From: Strigamia acuminata | Taxonomy: Eukaryota | Length of the DNA stretch: 64,000 nucleotides | Direction of reading: 5' to 3' | NCBI GenBank assembly: GCA_949358305.1 | Contig: OX442314.1 | Location: 11,656,001-11,720,000, forward strand | Shown: positions 12,996 through 27,245 of the stretch, in pieces | Layout: every line of letters begins with the position of its first letter | Position numbering within the stretch: the first letter of the stretch is position 1 | The notes under the pieces: generated by a model | The model's input: the letters and a program-made list of their open reading frames with translations, nothing else | What the model was told of the DNA's origin: nothing | Database searches by the model: none | Position numbers and translations under genes: made by a program

Positions 12996-14119
12996 CATTC
13001 AATTTTTGGCCTTAAACATTTAATTTTTTACCATACACATTTAAAGTACACAGTCGCATTTTTTTTCATGCCTTCCTCGTCTTCTCATCACTTGGAGTAA
13101 CTTGCACTGGGATAATCTGCTCTTTTGGAATCCCGTTCAACAAATCCCACAATCCTCCTCCCCTTTGCAGAGTCGCAATCCCAAACCCTCGTGGTCACTG
13201 ACTGGGGTCACGATGCAATTTATTAGCTCCATCTCGCGTCCAAACAAAAATAATATCATTTCTGCATTTCTCGCCATCAAAACGCAAAAATCCACCTCAA
13301 ACTCAAACAAAACGCTCTTAAAACGTGTCTTGGCAATTTCCGTTTCGTAAAAGCCAGATTTTAAAACGTGAAAAACAAAACAAAAAAAAAAGATGGGTTA
13401 TTTATAATAGGGCCATCATCTTTGTTGTCCGTCCAACATGGACCCCTTGGGTGCACAGCTGTCCCCTTCTGTTCCCCTCCTCTCACTCCTGCAACCAGAA
13501 TCCCAGCAGCTCGTGTTACAGAACCGACCACAGCCCCAACCGTAGTACACAGGGAGACGCTACTCTCGTCTCTTTCTACCCTTTTGTAATTACTGCAACA
13601 AGAAACGAAAAGCGCACACAGGTTCGTTTCGTTTCAAGCAACGCGTGCACGGCCCCGGGAAATTCGCGAATATTACTGGCCGAAAATTAGATCTCAGCGT
13701 TTTACTTTATAATTTATATGTAAAAGAAAGAAAAAAAAATGAAACTTATACGGTAAATCAAAATTGTCGTGCAGATTTTGTGCTTTAATGTAATCAAATG
13801 CAGTGTTTCTTGGATGCCATTCAATTAAGTGTGCGCAGCGGCCATTTGCACGCATGCTTGATTACCCCGTAATTATATACAGAATTAGGCAAGAGAAACG
13901 CAAAACGCTTAGTAAACGCACTAATGGCCACTGTTGTCGACGCCATTGTGTAGTCGGCCGCGCCGCTCTGCCCATGCACGACGATTCAATTCGCCATGTT
14001 TGGGGTTGGGAAAATAAAATTAAACGAATTAAATTTGTTTCCACAATTTTTATGTGTCAATTTGAGCGGAGAAATTAATGTAATCTTGTTTACCGCTTAT
14101 TTTTTTTTATTTTCTATCG

Positions 14120-14365
14120 TAAAAATATATTTTACAATATATCGCATTCAAAAATGTATAGCACTTTGCGGAATTAAACTTATTATTTGTACATTAAATA
14201 ATGCATTTGGTAAAACAATTGGAAAAAATGCGTTTGGTAAAACAATTGGAAAAAATGCATTTGATAAAACAATTGGAAAAAATGCATTTGATAAAACAAT
14301 TGAAAAATATGCATTTGATGAAACAATTGTAATTTTTTTTTACAAAATGTAATATCATTTTTTGT
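14120..14365 (+). repeat. Dispersed repeat B with internal 27-bp tandem expansion
   Basis: ATGCATTTG(G/A)TAAAACAATTGGAAAAA about 5 times; flanks are similar to 9340-9860, 53400-53775 and 62675-63140. Confidence 0.7.
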
Positions 14366-15847
14366 CGTCACAATATTGGTGTCACAATCATTTTATTAAG
14401 TTTGCTTAATTGCCCAAAGATAAAATAAAATAAAATAAAATAAAATAAAATCTGCAATTTTAATTTTATTTCTTTAACATAAATCCCAAAATTTTATTTT
14501 TTTTAAAAAAATTTTTTACATCAAAAACTTCTAAACACATTTTACGAATCAAATCGCACGCAAAACACAAAAAGCATTCACGGAACATTGCAGCGAAGTT
14601 CCAAGGGGTCCAATATTAATTCGACCAAAACAAAAATTACTTTAATCCCTTCCACCACCACTATACCTTAAATATTAAGGGATACATCCAGTTTTACAAC
14701 ACTGGCAACAGATTGTACCATTCCCACACACTAGAAGTATATACAGTGTAGTGCGCACGGTCCAAATCCACCAATCCGATTTGGAGGCGGCACTTGGTTC
14801 CCGAGCCACTCTGCGGAGGCAGTCAGTTACGCAAGCAATCCAATTAATCTGCCGCCAGCACTCGCACAACTTTGCCCCGTGCCGAATATAATTGAACCCA
14901 CAAACTTCAATGACGTGACGATACGAGCCGTCATAATTTCCGTTGCCACAGCAACCGTTTTACAGCCCTTCTCCCATCATTGCACCAACACAATATAAAT
15001 ATATAACAAAAAGTGTTTGCTCAAACGTTTGCCACTATTTCCCTAATTAAAACGTCACTTAACTTGCCAGAACCCCGCGTCGTAATGCGATTGTCACGTG
15101 TTACGAGCAACTCGAGTGGCATTCACACGACACGTTTCTCAATCAAAGTGCCACGTGAAAAGGAAAGAAGAAAAAGAAAAAATATATATTCCATTAACCT
15201 CCCCGGATCACAAATTCACCAAAATAAAAAGATAAATAGAAAGAAATATCAAATGAAGAAGAAGAAGAAGATCCGGGATATTTGTATCGATTGAACTGTT
15301 CATATCCAAGTGGGTGAGCCGACGGGGAGGAAGGGGGAAGAGCGGATATTATGGCCTCCGATTGTTCACCTGTTTACTCGACTGTAGGCGCAGATACCAA
15401 AGCCCCTTATGGATTTTTGCTTGGGGGTTGCCATTCTTTGTGACAAATTGTCAATAATGAAATTACAATTGAAGAGTTGGGTACTCGAAACCCTCCCCGC
15501 TCCTCCATGCCAGCGTCAGCCATCACCACGACCCGTTAGATATCAATCTGTATCTTATGTTTTTCAATTCATTAAACAGCGTGGGATATGAAAAGTGCTG
15601 CTCCTGAGCTTCCCTGCTGATCACTCATTAGAATGCAAATAGAGATGTGTCAAATTGGGTTTAATGTTTCGTCCGAATGGTTTTTTCGGTGGGATTTGTG
15701 TAAATGTGTCGACATTTGTGGGGTTTTTTGTGAAATGATTTCGTGTGATTTTGTTGTTCAAATTGGAGCTTAAACACCGATATGCGCATGTGCCAACAAC
15801 TCGGTTGTGGCCGAGCTCAATGCTGAGTTATTTGTGAATTCATACTA

Positions 15848-16090
15848 CAGTCAGACCTCGTTATAACGAATCGCAAAAGACCCGAGAAATCTGTGGTCGT
15901 TACAACAAAAAGTAGTAATTTGCGATTCGTTATAACTAAACCCCGGATATATATGTGAAATAAAATTCGTTTTATGCACATAAAATATGCACTAAAAATT
16001 CCATTTTATACAAAAAAAATTAAAACATGCAATATATAACTTATAACAAAAAATCGTTATATCGCAATGATTTATAAACGAGGTTCGATG
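15848..16090. mobile_element. MITE family C (CAGTC termini, Tigger/pogo-like), degenerate copy
   Basis: TA-CAGTCAGACCTCGTTATAACGAATC...CGAGGTTCGA with repeated CGTTATAAC motifs, as in the copy at 50618. Confidence 0.65.
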
Positions 16091-18275
16091 ACCGCTTTTG
16101 TGATTAATGCAAAATCATAAAATTGCTAAATCGTACATTTAATTAAACCATTTATTAAGCATTTGGAATTCTCTATACCTACAGCTGATTATCTCGTTTA
16201 TTTAGAATAATTTATCCTGATCAAACCAAATATAGGTCTAAATTCCCATATGAATTAGCACTGCATCAACGCAATTTATTATATTAGGGTTTTAAAAATA
16301 AAATAATATTTTCTAGGATTTTCTTGTTTCTCCTTTACCAGATCCATATCTTTTTCTTATTTTCATTCCATTTTTTATTTTTACCTCATTTTATTTTTTG
16401 TTCAAATGTTATCATAGCTCGAGGAGATCGCTTCTTGTTCTTTTCAGCTTACACAGAATGAAAACTTGTTTCTTTTCTCAGCGTATTGGCAAACAGAGCG
16501 GCGCGGGTGCCTTGAGAGCACCGATTCTTGCTTCCTCCAATCGATATTTATCAAAGATACGGGCAACGGATAGGCGCTATTGACTGTGACATCCGGCGGC
16601 AAAAGAGGCTCAGCAACACACACACACAGCGCACGACCTCTTGCACGCTGCCCACTGAACAACCAGCGTCCCCGAGCAACAGCGCAGTCTCACACAACCC
16701 CAACCTCAATATCAGCAACATCGGGTCTGTCGGATGAATCAGATACGTCGCTCGGGGGCAGATGAAGAGAAGATTGATTTCACTATAAACACCTTTTACA
16801 TGCCAACATTTAACCAAAAACATTTATAAATAAATAAATAAACAAATAAGTAAATAATTTCTTCAAGTGTGTTCAAATTGGTGAAGCAAATACCGCTATA
16901 ATTCAAGTTTGCTTAAAGTGAAATAAATGACTTACAAGTAAATAATAAATTATTACTAATGCGCATGCTTTTGCGCAGCTGACATCTGAATGTTCAGCTG
17001 AGCATGCGCAAATCGCATCATTGTTAAAGTTAAAGAAAATTAGCTTCACAACCCCTTTAAGCCAAATAAATGGACTAAGTTAATCAAAATAAAACCTTTT
17101 ATTTCTTGTATTGTACGTAAAAAATAATAAATAAATAATTTAAGCCTATTTTGTGATGAAATTTGATTTCCCCCGTTTTATAACCTTGATTTTATATTTT
17201 TGTAAATTACTTTTCCCATTTATATTTATTTTTATCTCCACACATCCCAAAAAAAAAAAAAAAAAAAATGGTTATTAAATATTTCATTACTTTAGCTAAT
17301 TTGAGCCAATTTTCGTATTAAAATATGATCCTCATTACCATTAACTTGTTGTTTTTTTTTATTACAGTATTATTATTTTTATTATTGAAGATACGTGCTA
17401 TTCCATTCCATGCAATGTTAATTAGATGACAGCTGATTGAGGGGGCGGCTCATTCGGAGCTCCGGATATTGCAAATGGAGGCCGAGCAGCGTCCGCACTT
17501 ACACGCACGAGGGCGCTTTAGCCACCCAATCAAACTCGAATCACCTAGACTCAATTGGTGACATTTGCCAATTACAACCCTTTAACGCCGCATCACTTTT
17601 TCCCTTCCCATTCGCGCACCCCTCGCGTCACGCACGAGACAATCTCGAGACCAACTGTCACTTTAACAAATAACATCAAACGCCAGAGGTCAGACTCGAC
17701 TCTGCGGGGGTCATCAAACATTCCATCCCGTGCACCGAGACCTTTTTGTACCCCGTGTTGAAAAATGTTCTCCTTAATTAAAATCTCTCTGATTAAATAG
17801 ACGCCTTTTCCCTTTCCTCCTGCGGCTGCTTCGAGCGATCGCTACCCAAAGAGTTTCGCAGCTCGAGGCCCCGAGTGGAACGGGGTTGGGTGTGGTGCAG
17901 TGGGGTCCTTGTGGGAGGCCACGGTTACTTTCTCTCTCTTATCGATTGCACTTGTGGCCTGCTAGCGTCTTATGAAATTACGCTTTTCGCACACAAAGAA
18001 CAAGCATTAAACCTAACGCCATTACATGTTGGCTAAAAAGCAAACATGGCGTCCAATTAAGTCTCAAAACACAAAAATAGAATTGAAAAAATAGGGGAAA
18101 TAGACGGAAATCTCGACTGATTAGATAGTTGGGTATTTTTCTAATTTTTTCTAATTTTTTCTGCTTTTGTTCGTTGTTTGAACCAGTTTGCGCTCATTCA
18201 ACCGACTTTAAGAAGAAAGAGTGTATTCGTCAATTGGAAATACAATTCCAAATGATTTGTTTCTGTTTGCATTAA

Positions 18276-19080
18276 GCTAGGTTCACACTTGTGTTCACAC
18301 TAGACACAACGCAACACAAAGAAAAATTAGTCAAACGCAATGCAGAGTCCGTTCACATTGTAGGGCATGTATGAACAGAGCTGAAACAATTGATGTTGCG
18401 TCTGGCCAATCAGATGGTTTCAATAAAACCTGGAATTGGATATAGTTCTAGAACTAGTTCCAGAATCCAAAAATGGCGGCCTGTTTGTATGTGGCAAAGT
18501 CTCGCCAACCAGACGTGAAACGACGAGAATTGGATCGTGATTAACCTTTCCTTGCGTTGTGTCTCTTACTTCTACTTGGAGTTGAAGCAGGAATTGACGT
18601 CAACGTCAAGAATTTTTGGACGCAAGCAGCTTGCGTTGCATCAGCTTTCTCGCGTTGCGTCTAGTGTGAACACAAGTGTGAACCTGTACGCTTTCCACAC
18701 TCAAGAAGAGCCCTGGAATCTTGGCTCCCATTAGCCAAGCCATTTCACTTATGTAGTGATACATAAAAAAAGACCCAAAACACCAGAAATGCATTATACA
18801 GACATACAGATATAAATAGAAGTACAGACATTGCAATCAATTTCCAAGCAAGTAATAAACTTAACAGACATGAATTTTAAAATAAAAACAACATAAAATT
18901 TTATTTTAAAAATGGAAAATACTTTTTATTCTAGAATAACATTAAAATTACATCATTTCAATCATTATTATACTAAAAAAGACTAAAAATTAGAACTTCA
19001 ACTACAGTTCTGTAGTAATCAGACTAGGCCAATGAGAGCCAAGATTCCAGGGCTCTTCTTGAGTGTGGAAAGAATATAGC
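18276..19080. mobile_element. TTAA-flanked inverted-repeat element with a second IR element (18687-19076) inserted into its right TIR
   Basis: The outer TIR GCTAGGTTCACACTTGTGTTCACACTAGAC is mirrored at about 18659-18685 and completed by TAGC at 19077-19080. Inner perfect 37-bp IR at 18691-18727 / 19036-19072. Confidence 0.8.
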
Positions 19081-20432
19081 TTAACGTGTTTTGTTTAAAC
19101 AACAAAAACAAAGACAAAAATACTTGTTTAACTAAGAATATGTGAGAGATTATTTTGTTTATAAGTTTAAAATTAAAATTCCTTAATTTTCACCCAATAA
19201 ACAAATAATGGCCCACTTTTGTCGACACAATTCTGCTTTTATTCACTTTTTTATGATGCTTCACATGAAATGGATACTTAAACTATAACCATCGTCTCTG
19301 TAGTCACATCCGATTTGATACACAGAAGCAAAAGCACTCAAAAAGTAGACATTTACACAGCTGTCTACACACACACATTTAGCAGTGTTTTGAAAAGTCA
19401 TTTAGAAACGTGTAAACCGAAAACACATGCTGAAATTGACTTTCCAAACCCAACTGAAGGTGTAAATTTTCTTCAAAAAACATATTTTTTCATAGTTTAT
19501 ATTTTATTTGAAATTCCATCCCTCAATGCAATTTCCAATAGCTGTTTTCAAATCCCCTCTGTGGGGAGAGAGTTAAACCAATTACATTTATTTAATTTCT
19601 CTCGAAAAACAATTGCTGGAACCATCTCGTGTATAACTTCTTTTCACCCCATAAAAAATAAACAGCAAAGTGATAAAACGCTTCATGAAGTCGAATGACC
19701 ATCCACTAACTAACGAGGGCAATTAAGTGAAGACGGGCCGATGCGTGACATGAAGAAACTGCTCACTAGTCAAGAATCAAGATAGTGACTGCAATAATCT
19801 CATTTTGAGAACTAGTGTTCTTCCTGCACCTCAATCACTCACGCACGCGCACACATGCCACCAAAATACGAGAGAGAGAGAGAAATCCTGACAAGTTTTC
19901 TCCTCGGCTGATAGAAATAGAATTTCCGAAATACAGTAACAATGAAAGACGCAACCTTAATCACTTGTGTGCGTAACGAGAAAGAGGAAAAAAGTTAAAA
20001 CGGTAATTACACCGTGCCTTCAATGTTTCCATCATTACAGCATGTGAAAATCTCACAGTGGAAAACACCGGATCCAAGTATCATTGCTTATTCTCACCTT
20101 TAAAGATGCCATCTAACTCCCAGCCCTTCTATCCCACCAACAGCGGTTCAGGATAGTTTTAATACGCTAGCTTTTTGGGTCTATTTTGCTGACCTGATGA
20201 AATAAGTTCTCGGTGTGAATGCAAGGTTGGCTCCCCAAGAAAATCGTTCCACAGACTGTTTTGACACTTTACATGACCATAGCCGCGTCAATAGAGTCGT
20301 TGTCTGCAGATTAAGGCAGTGCAAGCTGCAAATCTGTGTGGGTGTATCACGGGAAACTCTCCTGTACGCTCAGAAAATAAGAGTTCCTTAAAAACATTAA
20401 CAGTAATTTAATTGACACATTAAATTTAAATA

Positions 20433-20650
20433 CCGTATTTTATCGATTAAAAGCCCCGGCTCTTATTCAAAACTGCCATTTTTGTCAGCAATTACAATTT
20501 CGGTTTTTCGTTTGTTCCATTTGTTTAATGTAACATATACGAAGTCTGAACATCGCAAACGAAGCGTACGTTCATCGTTAGTGAGGTTAAATACGGAAAC
20601 AATACCGTACTTTTGCAAAAATACGGTATTCTTGATGTCTCAGCCACGGC
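20433..20650. mobile_element. MITE family A, right-truncated copy
   Basis: Near-identical to the 5068 copy from TA-CCGTATTTTATCGATTAA through GTCTCAGCC(A/G)CGGC; the right TIR is missing. Confidence 0.8.
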
Positions 20651-20682
20651 CCATAGACCCATGCAACACATCTGCTTGAAGA

Positions 20683-21159
20683 CCCAACCTTGCATTAGCA
20701 CTGAGAACTGGAAAAACCATGACAAACCCAGTTGGAAGGGCGTGGCAGATGTTCCTTGTCCTAGAAACATTACCTTAGTCGGACAAAGATGAAAAACAAC
20801 TGAGATTTGCAGCCGGTCAGCCATCCAATTCAAGTATGCTGCTTAACTTGTGTGTTCTAATGGGAACAGGTGAGATCAGCATGAATAGCCGTTCCTAACT
20901 GATCTGAGTTCCATAATTTAATACCTCTCATGGGCATTCAGCGTAAAAAAAACTTCCCTTCAGTTTAGCTGTTTTAAGTTTATTTATCATTATCTGCCCG
21001 GTCAGGGCAAGACTAGAGACCTGGTCAAGATTGATGTCATTGAATCTCAATGGACTAAACTAAAGGGAAGTTTTTTTTGTCCAAGACTGTACATCTATCA
21101 CCCACCTCAACTGGGTGTTCTGTGATTTTCCCAGTTCGCGGTGCAAATGCAAGGTTGGG
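20683..21159. mobile_element. Inverted-repeat element with about 50-bp imperfect arms, containing a smaller IR remnant (about 20944-21090)
   Basis: CCCAACCTTGCATT(A/T)GCAC...GAACTGG...CCCAGTTG is mirrored at 21108-21159; inner arms AAAAAAAACTTCCCTT(C/T)AGTTTAG. Confidence 0.65.
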
Positions 21160-22749
21160 ACCTAAAAAAAGTCCTTCCATACAACGCTCCTTGCACAGCC
21201 TAACACCCAGACAGGCATTCCACCTAACGAGGTCAAGACCATGCTAAGTGAAACAGAACCAAATACAAAAAAATCAATCCAACTACAACAAAAATCAAAA
21301 CACGCCAAAAACGAAACTCAATTTCAGTTACACAAACGTGACATTACTTCTGCAAAACAAACGTATTAAAAGTAAAAATAAATAACAGAAATTTAAAAAA
21401 AAAATTTATCCCACCAGTAATTGAGTAAAGCATAAACTTTTATTAACATTGATGATGCCATGGCAATAAAAGAATAATTAAACTGTGTTTTCCAGTTTCC
21501 ATTTATTTGCTCATATCGTGTTCGTTGCTATAAACATGCTAATCATAATGATCGGCTCCACTGCAAATGACCACACCACGCACCTTGCTCATTTTCCACT
21601 CGTGTTATATTTTATTATTTTTATTAGTATTTTTTCCCCCCTTTCGTTGACCAATCGACTGACACGTTTTTCATTTGACAGGTGACTATAGCGTGATCTT
21701 TGCAAATGATTATATTTTTCATCGCAAGTGGGTCCCATACACGTGGGGTGGTTCTTCAAAAGTGGCCAGGAAATTAAATCATTTCCTCTGGTCATTCCCG
21801 AGCGATTCTAACGGACGATACAGATTCGAAACGAACGACCAACGAGCCATTAATGATGTCCATATATCACCGAGGGAATCATCAGAGGAAAAAACAAACG
21901 ATTCATCATTTTTATTTATTTATTTTTATTTATTACTTTTGTAAACCAAAAAAAAAAAATAATAATAATTGAGAAATAAAATCATTTCTGTTTTATTCAA
22001 CCCTTCAACACGTGCAATTTATTACGTATAATTTTAGACTTTTCATTAATACACGTTCCTAATTACTGTATTCATTTCTTGCGTGAGACACATCCGAAAT
22101 GAAACTTTTAGGTTTCAACATGTTCCAACACTTTCTGCCTGCTTGGTGCTCAACCGTGCATGTAGAATGGAATCAAATGAGTCAGACTCGCAAGTCCAGA
22201 AGTAAACAAAAAAAAAATTAATTAATTTCGAAAAAAAAGACACGTATTGACCACTCGAAAATACGCTAGAAATATATGTAATTAAAGATAAGGTATAGCG
22301 TGTAAAGCGGCGTAATCTATTTTCTTTTATTTCATTTTTGATAGCTTTGATGCCTATTCTAGCAGAGATATTGTTACCAATAATTATAGATACTCCGTTT
22401 GAAATACGAGTGCTGTAAAGTTATAGTCGAGTGTTGTTTTGTTCATGTGCTCTGGCAATAAATAAGTATTTAATTAAATATTAACTTTTTATTGCAAGTC
22501 GTTATATCGTGCACATGACCACAATCACCATGTTACGACGTCATTGGATATACAATTCAATGAGATATAGAAATCTGCTCTTTTATTTTCGACTTATTTA
22601 GTATTTCCGGTTTAAATCGCAATTGATATTTCTAATTTTTTCTAATTAGCTATACCACCTGTCTAAATTCCCATTGTAAAACGCAGAAAATAACCAAACG
22701 ACAAAATAGGCGATAATTAAAATAGATTTTTAATCTATAAAAGTATTTA

Positions 22750-23045
22750 GCATTTTTGCACCTTAAAAGTGCACTTTGCACCTTAAAAATGCAATTTTGC
22801 ACTTTAAAAATGCATTTTTGCGCCTTAAAATGCTATTTTGCACCTTAAAAATGCATTTTTGCGCCTTAAAATGCATTTTTGCACCTTAAAATGTATTTTT
22901 GCGCCATAAAAGTGCATTCTTGCGCTTTAAAAATGCATTTTTAAAACTTAAAATGCATTTTGGGCACTTAAAAAATAGATTTTTGAACTTAAAAAATAGA
23001 TTTTTGAACTTAAAAAATAGATTTTTGAACATAAAAATGCACTTT
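22750..23045. repeat. Minisatellite, 20-21-bp unit
   Basis: TGCACCTTAAAAATGCATTTT-like units grading into TGAACTTAAAAAATAGATTTT. Confidence 0.9.
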
Positions 23046-24241
23046 TGTGTAGTATTTATTCATTTATTCTCACTTTGTCTTTGTTTGTCACACATAACGA
23101 ACAAATGGCCTCCAATTTCCCCTATACATTCCCTGATATCGCGCGCAAATCCAAATATTGCACATAATATCCTTGCAAATGGATTGATATTGTCGTTCAA
23201 TCAATGAAAGCGCCGTGACGAGGGCGTTTTGGTTGCTGAACCTGATCTAGTGTCTATGAGAAGAGTAAACAGACGAAACGTTAGTAACTGGTCGCTTCTA
23301 ATGAAATTTACGGAAGCGAGTCTAGCACCAATAGCGCCTTGGGTTCGATATTTTATTAAGCCAGAGACGCCTCATACTACATATGTCTTGATACGAGCGT
23401 CAATACTCTCTCCTTTTCATAATTGGATTTATTCGAAAACTCTAATGAAACCGTTTCCACAACTCCTTTGTCACTAAACCCGAACCGCTTTTAAATTAAA
23501 TGAATTCCTTATACAAACGACACCTAAAAATAATCCCAAAAAAATAAAAAAATAAAAAAAATTATTTTATTTTTTATTTTTTTCTTTCTCAAATTTAACA
23601 TACGAGATGACGGGCCTCACGTTAATTAGAGAAGAGTCAACGGCTGGCTGGTGCAAAACTGAATGCACAGGTACGTGAAGCGGGTCGAGTAATGAAAGAG
23701 TGGCGCAGAGTATAAGATGACAAAAGGCATTCAATTTTCCAATTTTGACTGCTTCGTTAACTATCATAGGGAGGGGAAGGACAAAACATAAGGAGTCGAT
23801 CCTCAGGGAAGGATCCGTGCACTTTTCTGCCAAGTCAGCAGCATGAGAAAAGCACGTCGCGCTGTTTCATTCCATGCCGGATGCATGTATTGTTTTACAT
23901 ATATTTCCGTTATAATTCACGCAACTTTGATCTTGGCGATTCCCACGTGAGATGCTTGTCACCGCTACTGTAGCAAACAATGGTCTTTGCACTTATTTTC
24001 GCCATATTCTATTGAAAAAAATCAATTTTAGAATTTAGATGTAAATTCGAGAGTGTTTGCTTCAATCTGCTAAAGCGAATTGATGAATATGGTAATTGAG
24101 CTCACAAATCGTATTCAAAACAATTGGGTGCATTCTAGCATCAACATATAAATTACCTAGATTTTTTTGATAGATTCATTCAAAGTTTGTTTATAAAAAC
24201 AACAAAAACATAAGGCAAAAACTTGCCTACAACTGTGAATA

Positions 24242-24977
24242 CCGAATTTTCTCGAGTAAGAGCCGCAGCCTTTATTCAAAACGGGCATCCTGAGCCGCGG
24301 CTGTTTACCATATTTTGATTAAAATTTCAATTTTTCATTAAAATTTCACTTTTTCCATTAAAATTTCTAAAATTTCACTTTTTTATTAAAATTTCACTTT
24401 TTTTATTAAAATTTCACTTTTTTATTAAAATTTCACTTTTTTATTAAAATTTCACTTTTTTCATTGAAATTTCACATTTTTCCATATAAATTCCAATTTG
24501 TGCATTAAAATTTCACTTTTTTCATTAAAATTTCACTTTTTCATTAAAATTTCACTTTTTTCATTAAAATTTTATTTTTCTCGGTGAAATTTTATTTTTC
24601 TCGGTGAAATTTTATTTTTCTCGGTGAAATTTTATTTTTCTCGGTGAAATTTTATTTTTCTTGGTGAAATTTTATTTTTCTCGGTGAAATTTTATTTTTC
24701 TCGGTGAAATTTTATTTTTCTCGGTGAAATTTTATTTTTCTCGGTGAAATTTTAATTTTTTCCATTGAAATTTCACTTTTTTAAAAAAAATTCTATCTGA
24801 ATAACCATTATCATCGACGAATGTTTTATTAACCATTTCTTGCTCGGTTACAAAAGCCCTTGAATAGTAGTTGCGGCTACTATTCGAGGCGGCTCTTATT
24901 TAAAACCGCTTCTCTGAGGCGCAGCTACTATTCGAAGGCGGCTACAAAACGAAGGCAACTCAATCCAGAAAACACGG
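24242..24977. mobile_element. CCG-terminal MITE (family A-related) containing two adjacent 19-20-bp tandem arrays
   Basis: TA-CCGAATTTTCTCGAGTAAGAGCCGC ... CCAGAAAACACGG-TA; arrays of AAAATTTCACTTTTTTATT (about 24320-24570) and TCGGTGAAATTTTATTTTTC x9 (24581-24755). Confidence 0.7.
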
Positions 24978-26747
24978 TAAATTCGTTTTTCGGTCTGTTT
25001 ATTACACACAGTTGAAACTTCTGAATTCCACCCAGAACATTATTAACTAAATAAACCAAATCCAAAATGCCCGACATTGCCCCTTCGTGATGGAACCTAA
25101 TTGAAGGCACGTGCCTCATTCCGAGCACCCCATGACATCACATCCGGTTGAAAACTGCGTCGCGTGAACTCAAACAACAAAAGGACGATTTATATAGAAC
25201 CTGCTATTAAATTAATAATTCATTTCATTTGAATGAATGCACTCGTATTCCAGGTACACTACAATGATTTTTTTCACCACCCACCTCCCCCAGTCCTTTT
25301 AAGAATAATAAAAAAAAATAAAAAAAAAATAAAAAAATAAAAAAATAAAAAAAAAATCGAAAAGTACACAAAATGAAGCAAGGGCGGAGTCATAACCAAG
25401 TGCTCATTTTCCAGATCAATGCAACCTCACAGCGAACCGAGTTGAGATAATATAGTGCGACGCCACAGCACAAGGAGTTAGAACGAGAGCATTTGTCGAT
25501 TAATTTTTTCTCCCATTCTCTCCCCTTTTCAGGTGGGTCTGTGGCTATAATTGGGCGGCAAATGCACGTGTCACGAGCAGGTCTCATGTTCCCACCGGTC
25601 AGGTGACTAGGTGAGGCGAGTATAGATTGAGGGGGAGAGAAATTGTGTTGTCGAGCAGACAGAAAACAGTTTTGACCAAAGAAAAAAAAAAGAATAAATA
25701 AATAAATATAAAACAAAGATGGGAATTTTTCGCAATTTTTATTTTTTCATTCTAAAGGGGCATCAAACATTCCAGTTTGGCGATATTCAAATGAGCGCAG
25801 GGCCTGGGAAATGCATTCTGGGACGGCTAATGGAGGTTGCTTGTTTTTCTAGCTAAACAGAGAAGGATTTTCGAGGGAGGGCACACGAGATTAGACCCCA
25901 GCCCCCTTCCCAAACCCCCTTTTCTTTCTTTCACCACACTTTCTCTCTCCTCTTCATCACGCCACCTTCATCCATAGATGGCGCTACTCATTTCCATGCC
26001 ATCATCTCGGTTTGAACTACTGTTTTGTGATGGAAATGGTTTAACCAATATCGGATATGCCCTGGGAAACAGAGCATGCGTACTTTATTCACCTTTTTTT
26101 TTTTTTTTTATTTATTCCACAAAACCACCAATACAATTGTGGAGTTAAATTCCAACCTTAATTAACTTTAGCCTCGTGGGAATCACAGCAAGAAACCATA
26201 AAGAAAAAAAATAGGTGCATTAGCAAATGTTTTTATCTTGTCACATTAGGCCTAATATAATCCATAAATTTTCCCTTTGCAAGATTTTAAAAAAAGTGAA
26301 TTAAATTATTATTATTTTTTTTTTTTAATTTTAATTTTTTTTTTGTGTATATTGCAGCTAAAGACCCACAAACAATCTTGTTCCAGGTGTGTGAAGAAGG
26401 TAAGGAGACAGGGAGTTCATTTCGCGGATCCTTTTCACTTCCTTTTCTCTTTAGTCACGGACTCCACAACAAACTAATCCATCATTTACTGCGCACTGAC
26501 CCTTTAAGACCACTCAAAATACTTAATACTGTTATTTATAGTTGTTTTTCTTGTATTTTTAAAAAAAAAGAAACCACAAAAAGACCAAAAAATTAGAAAA
26601 CTAGAAAATTTATGACAAAAATTCTTGTATGGTTGAAACACACTGCTTTTTCACTTTATACTGTACGCATTCCAAAATGTATGGCATTTCCCAAAATTAA
26701 ATGAATTATCATCAATACATTGCAATACAATTTCAAAGTAAAAAATA

Positions 26748-27245
26748 CAGTAGAACCTTGATTATCGAAACACCGGTTATCCGAACAGCAGTCAAGCAAA
26801 TTTTTATCGATTTTTATCGGTTTTTTAATCGATTTTTAATGTTTTTTGACGATTTTCACATACTTTTAGTCAATTTTTAATGTTTTTTGACGATTTTCAC
26901 ATACTTTCAATCGATTTTTCATGTTTTTTGACGATTTTCACATACTTTTAATCAATTTTTAATGTTTTTTGACGATTTTCACATACTTTCAATCGATTTT
27001 TAATGTTTTTTGACGATTTTCACATACTTTTAATCAATTTTTAATGTTTTTTGACGATTTTCACATACTTTCAATCGGGTTTTAATGTTTTTTAACAATT
27101 TCTATCCATTTTTGATCGGTTTTAATGCTTTCTAACTACATAACTTTATATTTTCGTATGCAGAACAGTATGTTTGATTATCAGAGCAATTCGGTTTTAC
27201 GAACACACATGTCCCTAATTAGTTCGGATAATCGAGATTCTACTG
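26748..27245. mobile_element. CAGTA-terminal Tigger/pogo-like MITE containing a 41-bp tandem array
   Basis: TIRs CAGTAGAA(C/T)CT(T/C)GATTATC with TA on both sides; GACGATTTTCACATAC at 26848, 26889, 26930, 26971, 27012 and 27053. Confidence 0.85.

Noticed and set aside
23697..23708. AGAGTGGCGCAG resembling the tRNAi-Met 5' end
   Set aside because: Only 12 nt, with no further tRNA structure.
26826..27095. Regularly spaced repeats resembling a CRISPR array (also 24581 and 61300)
   Set aside because: Head-to-tail units without unique spacers, eukaryotic context, no cas genes.
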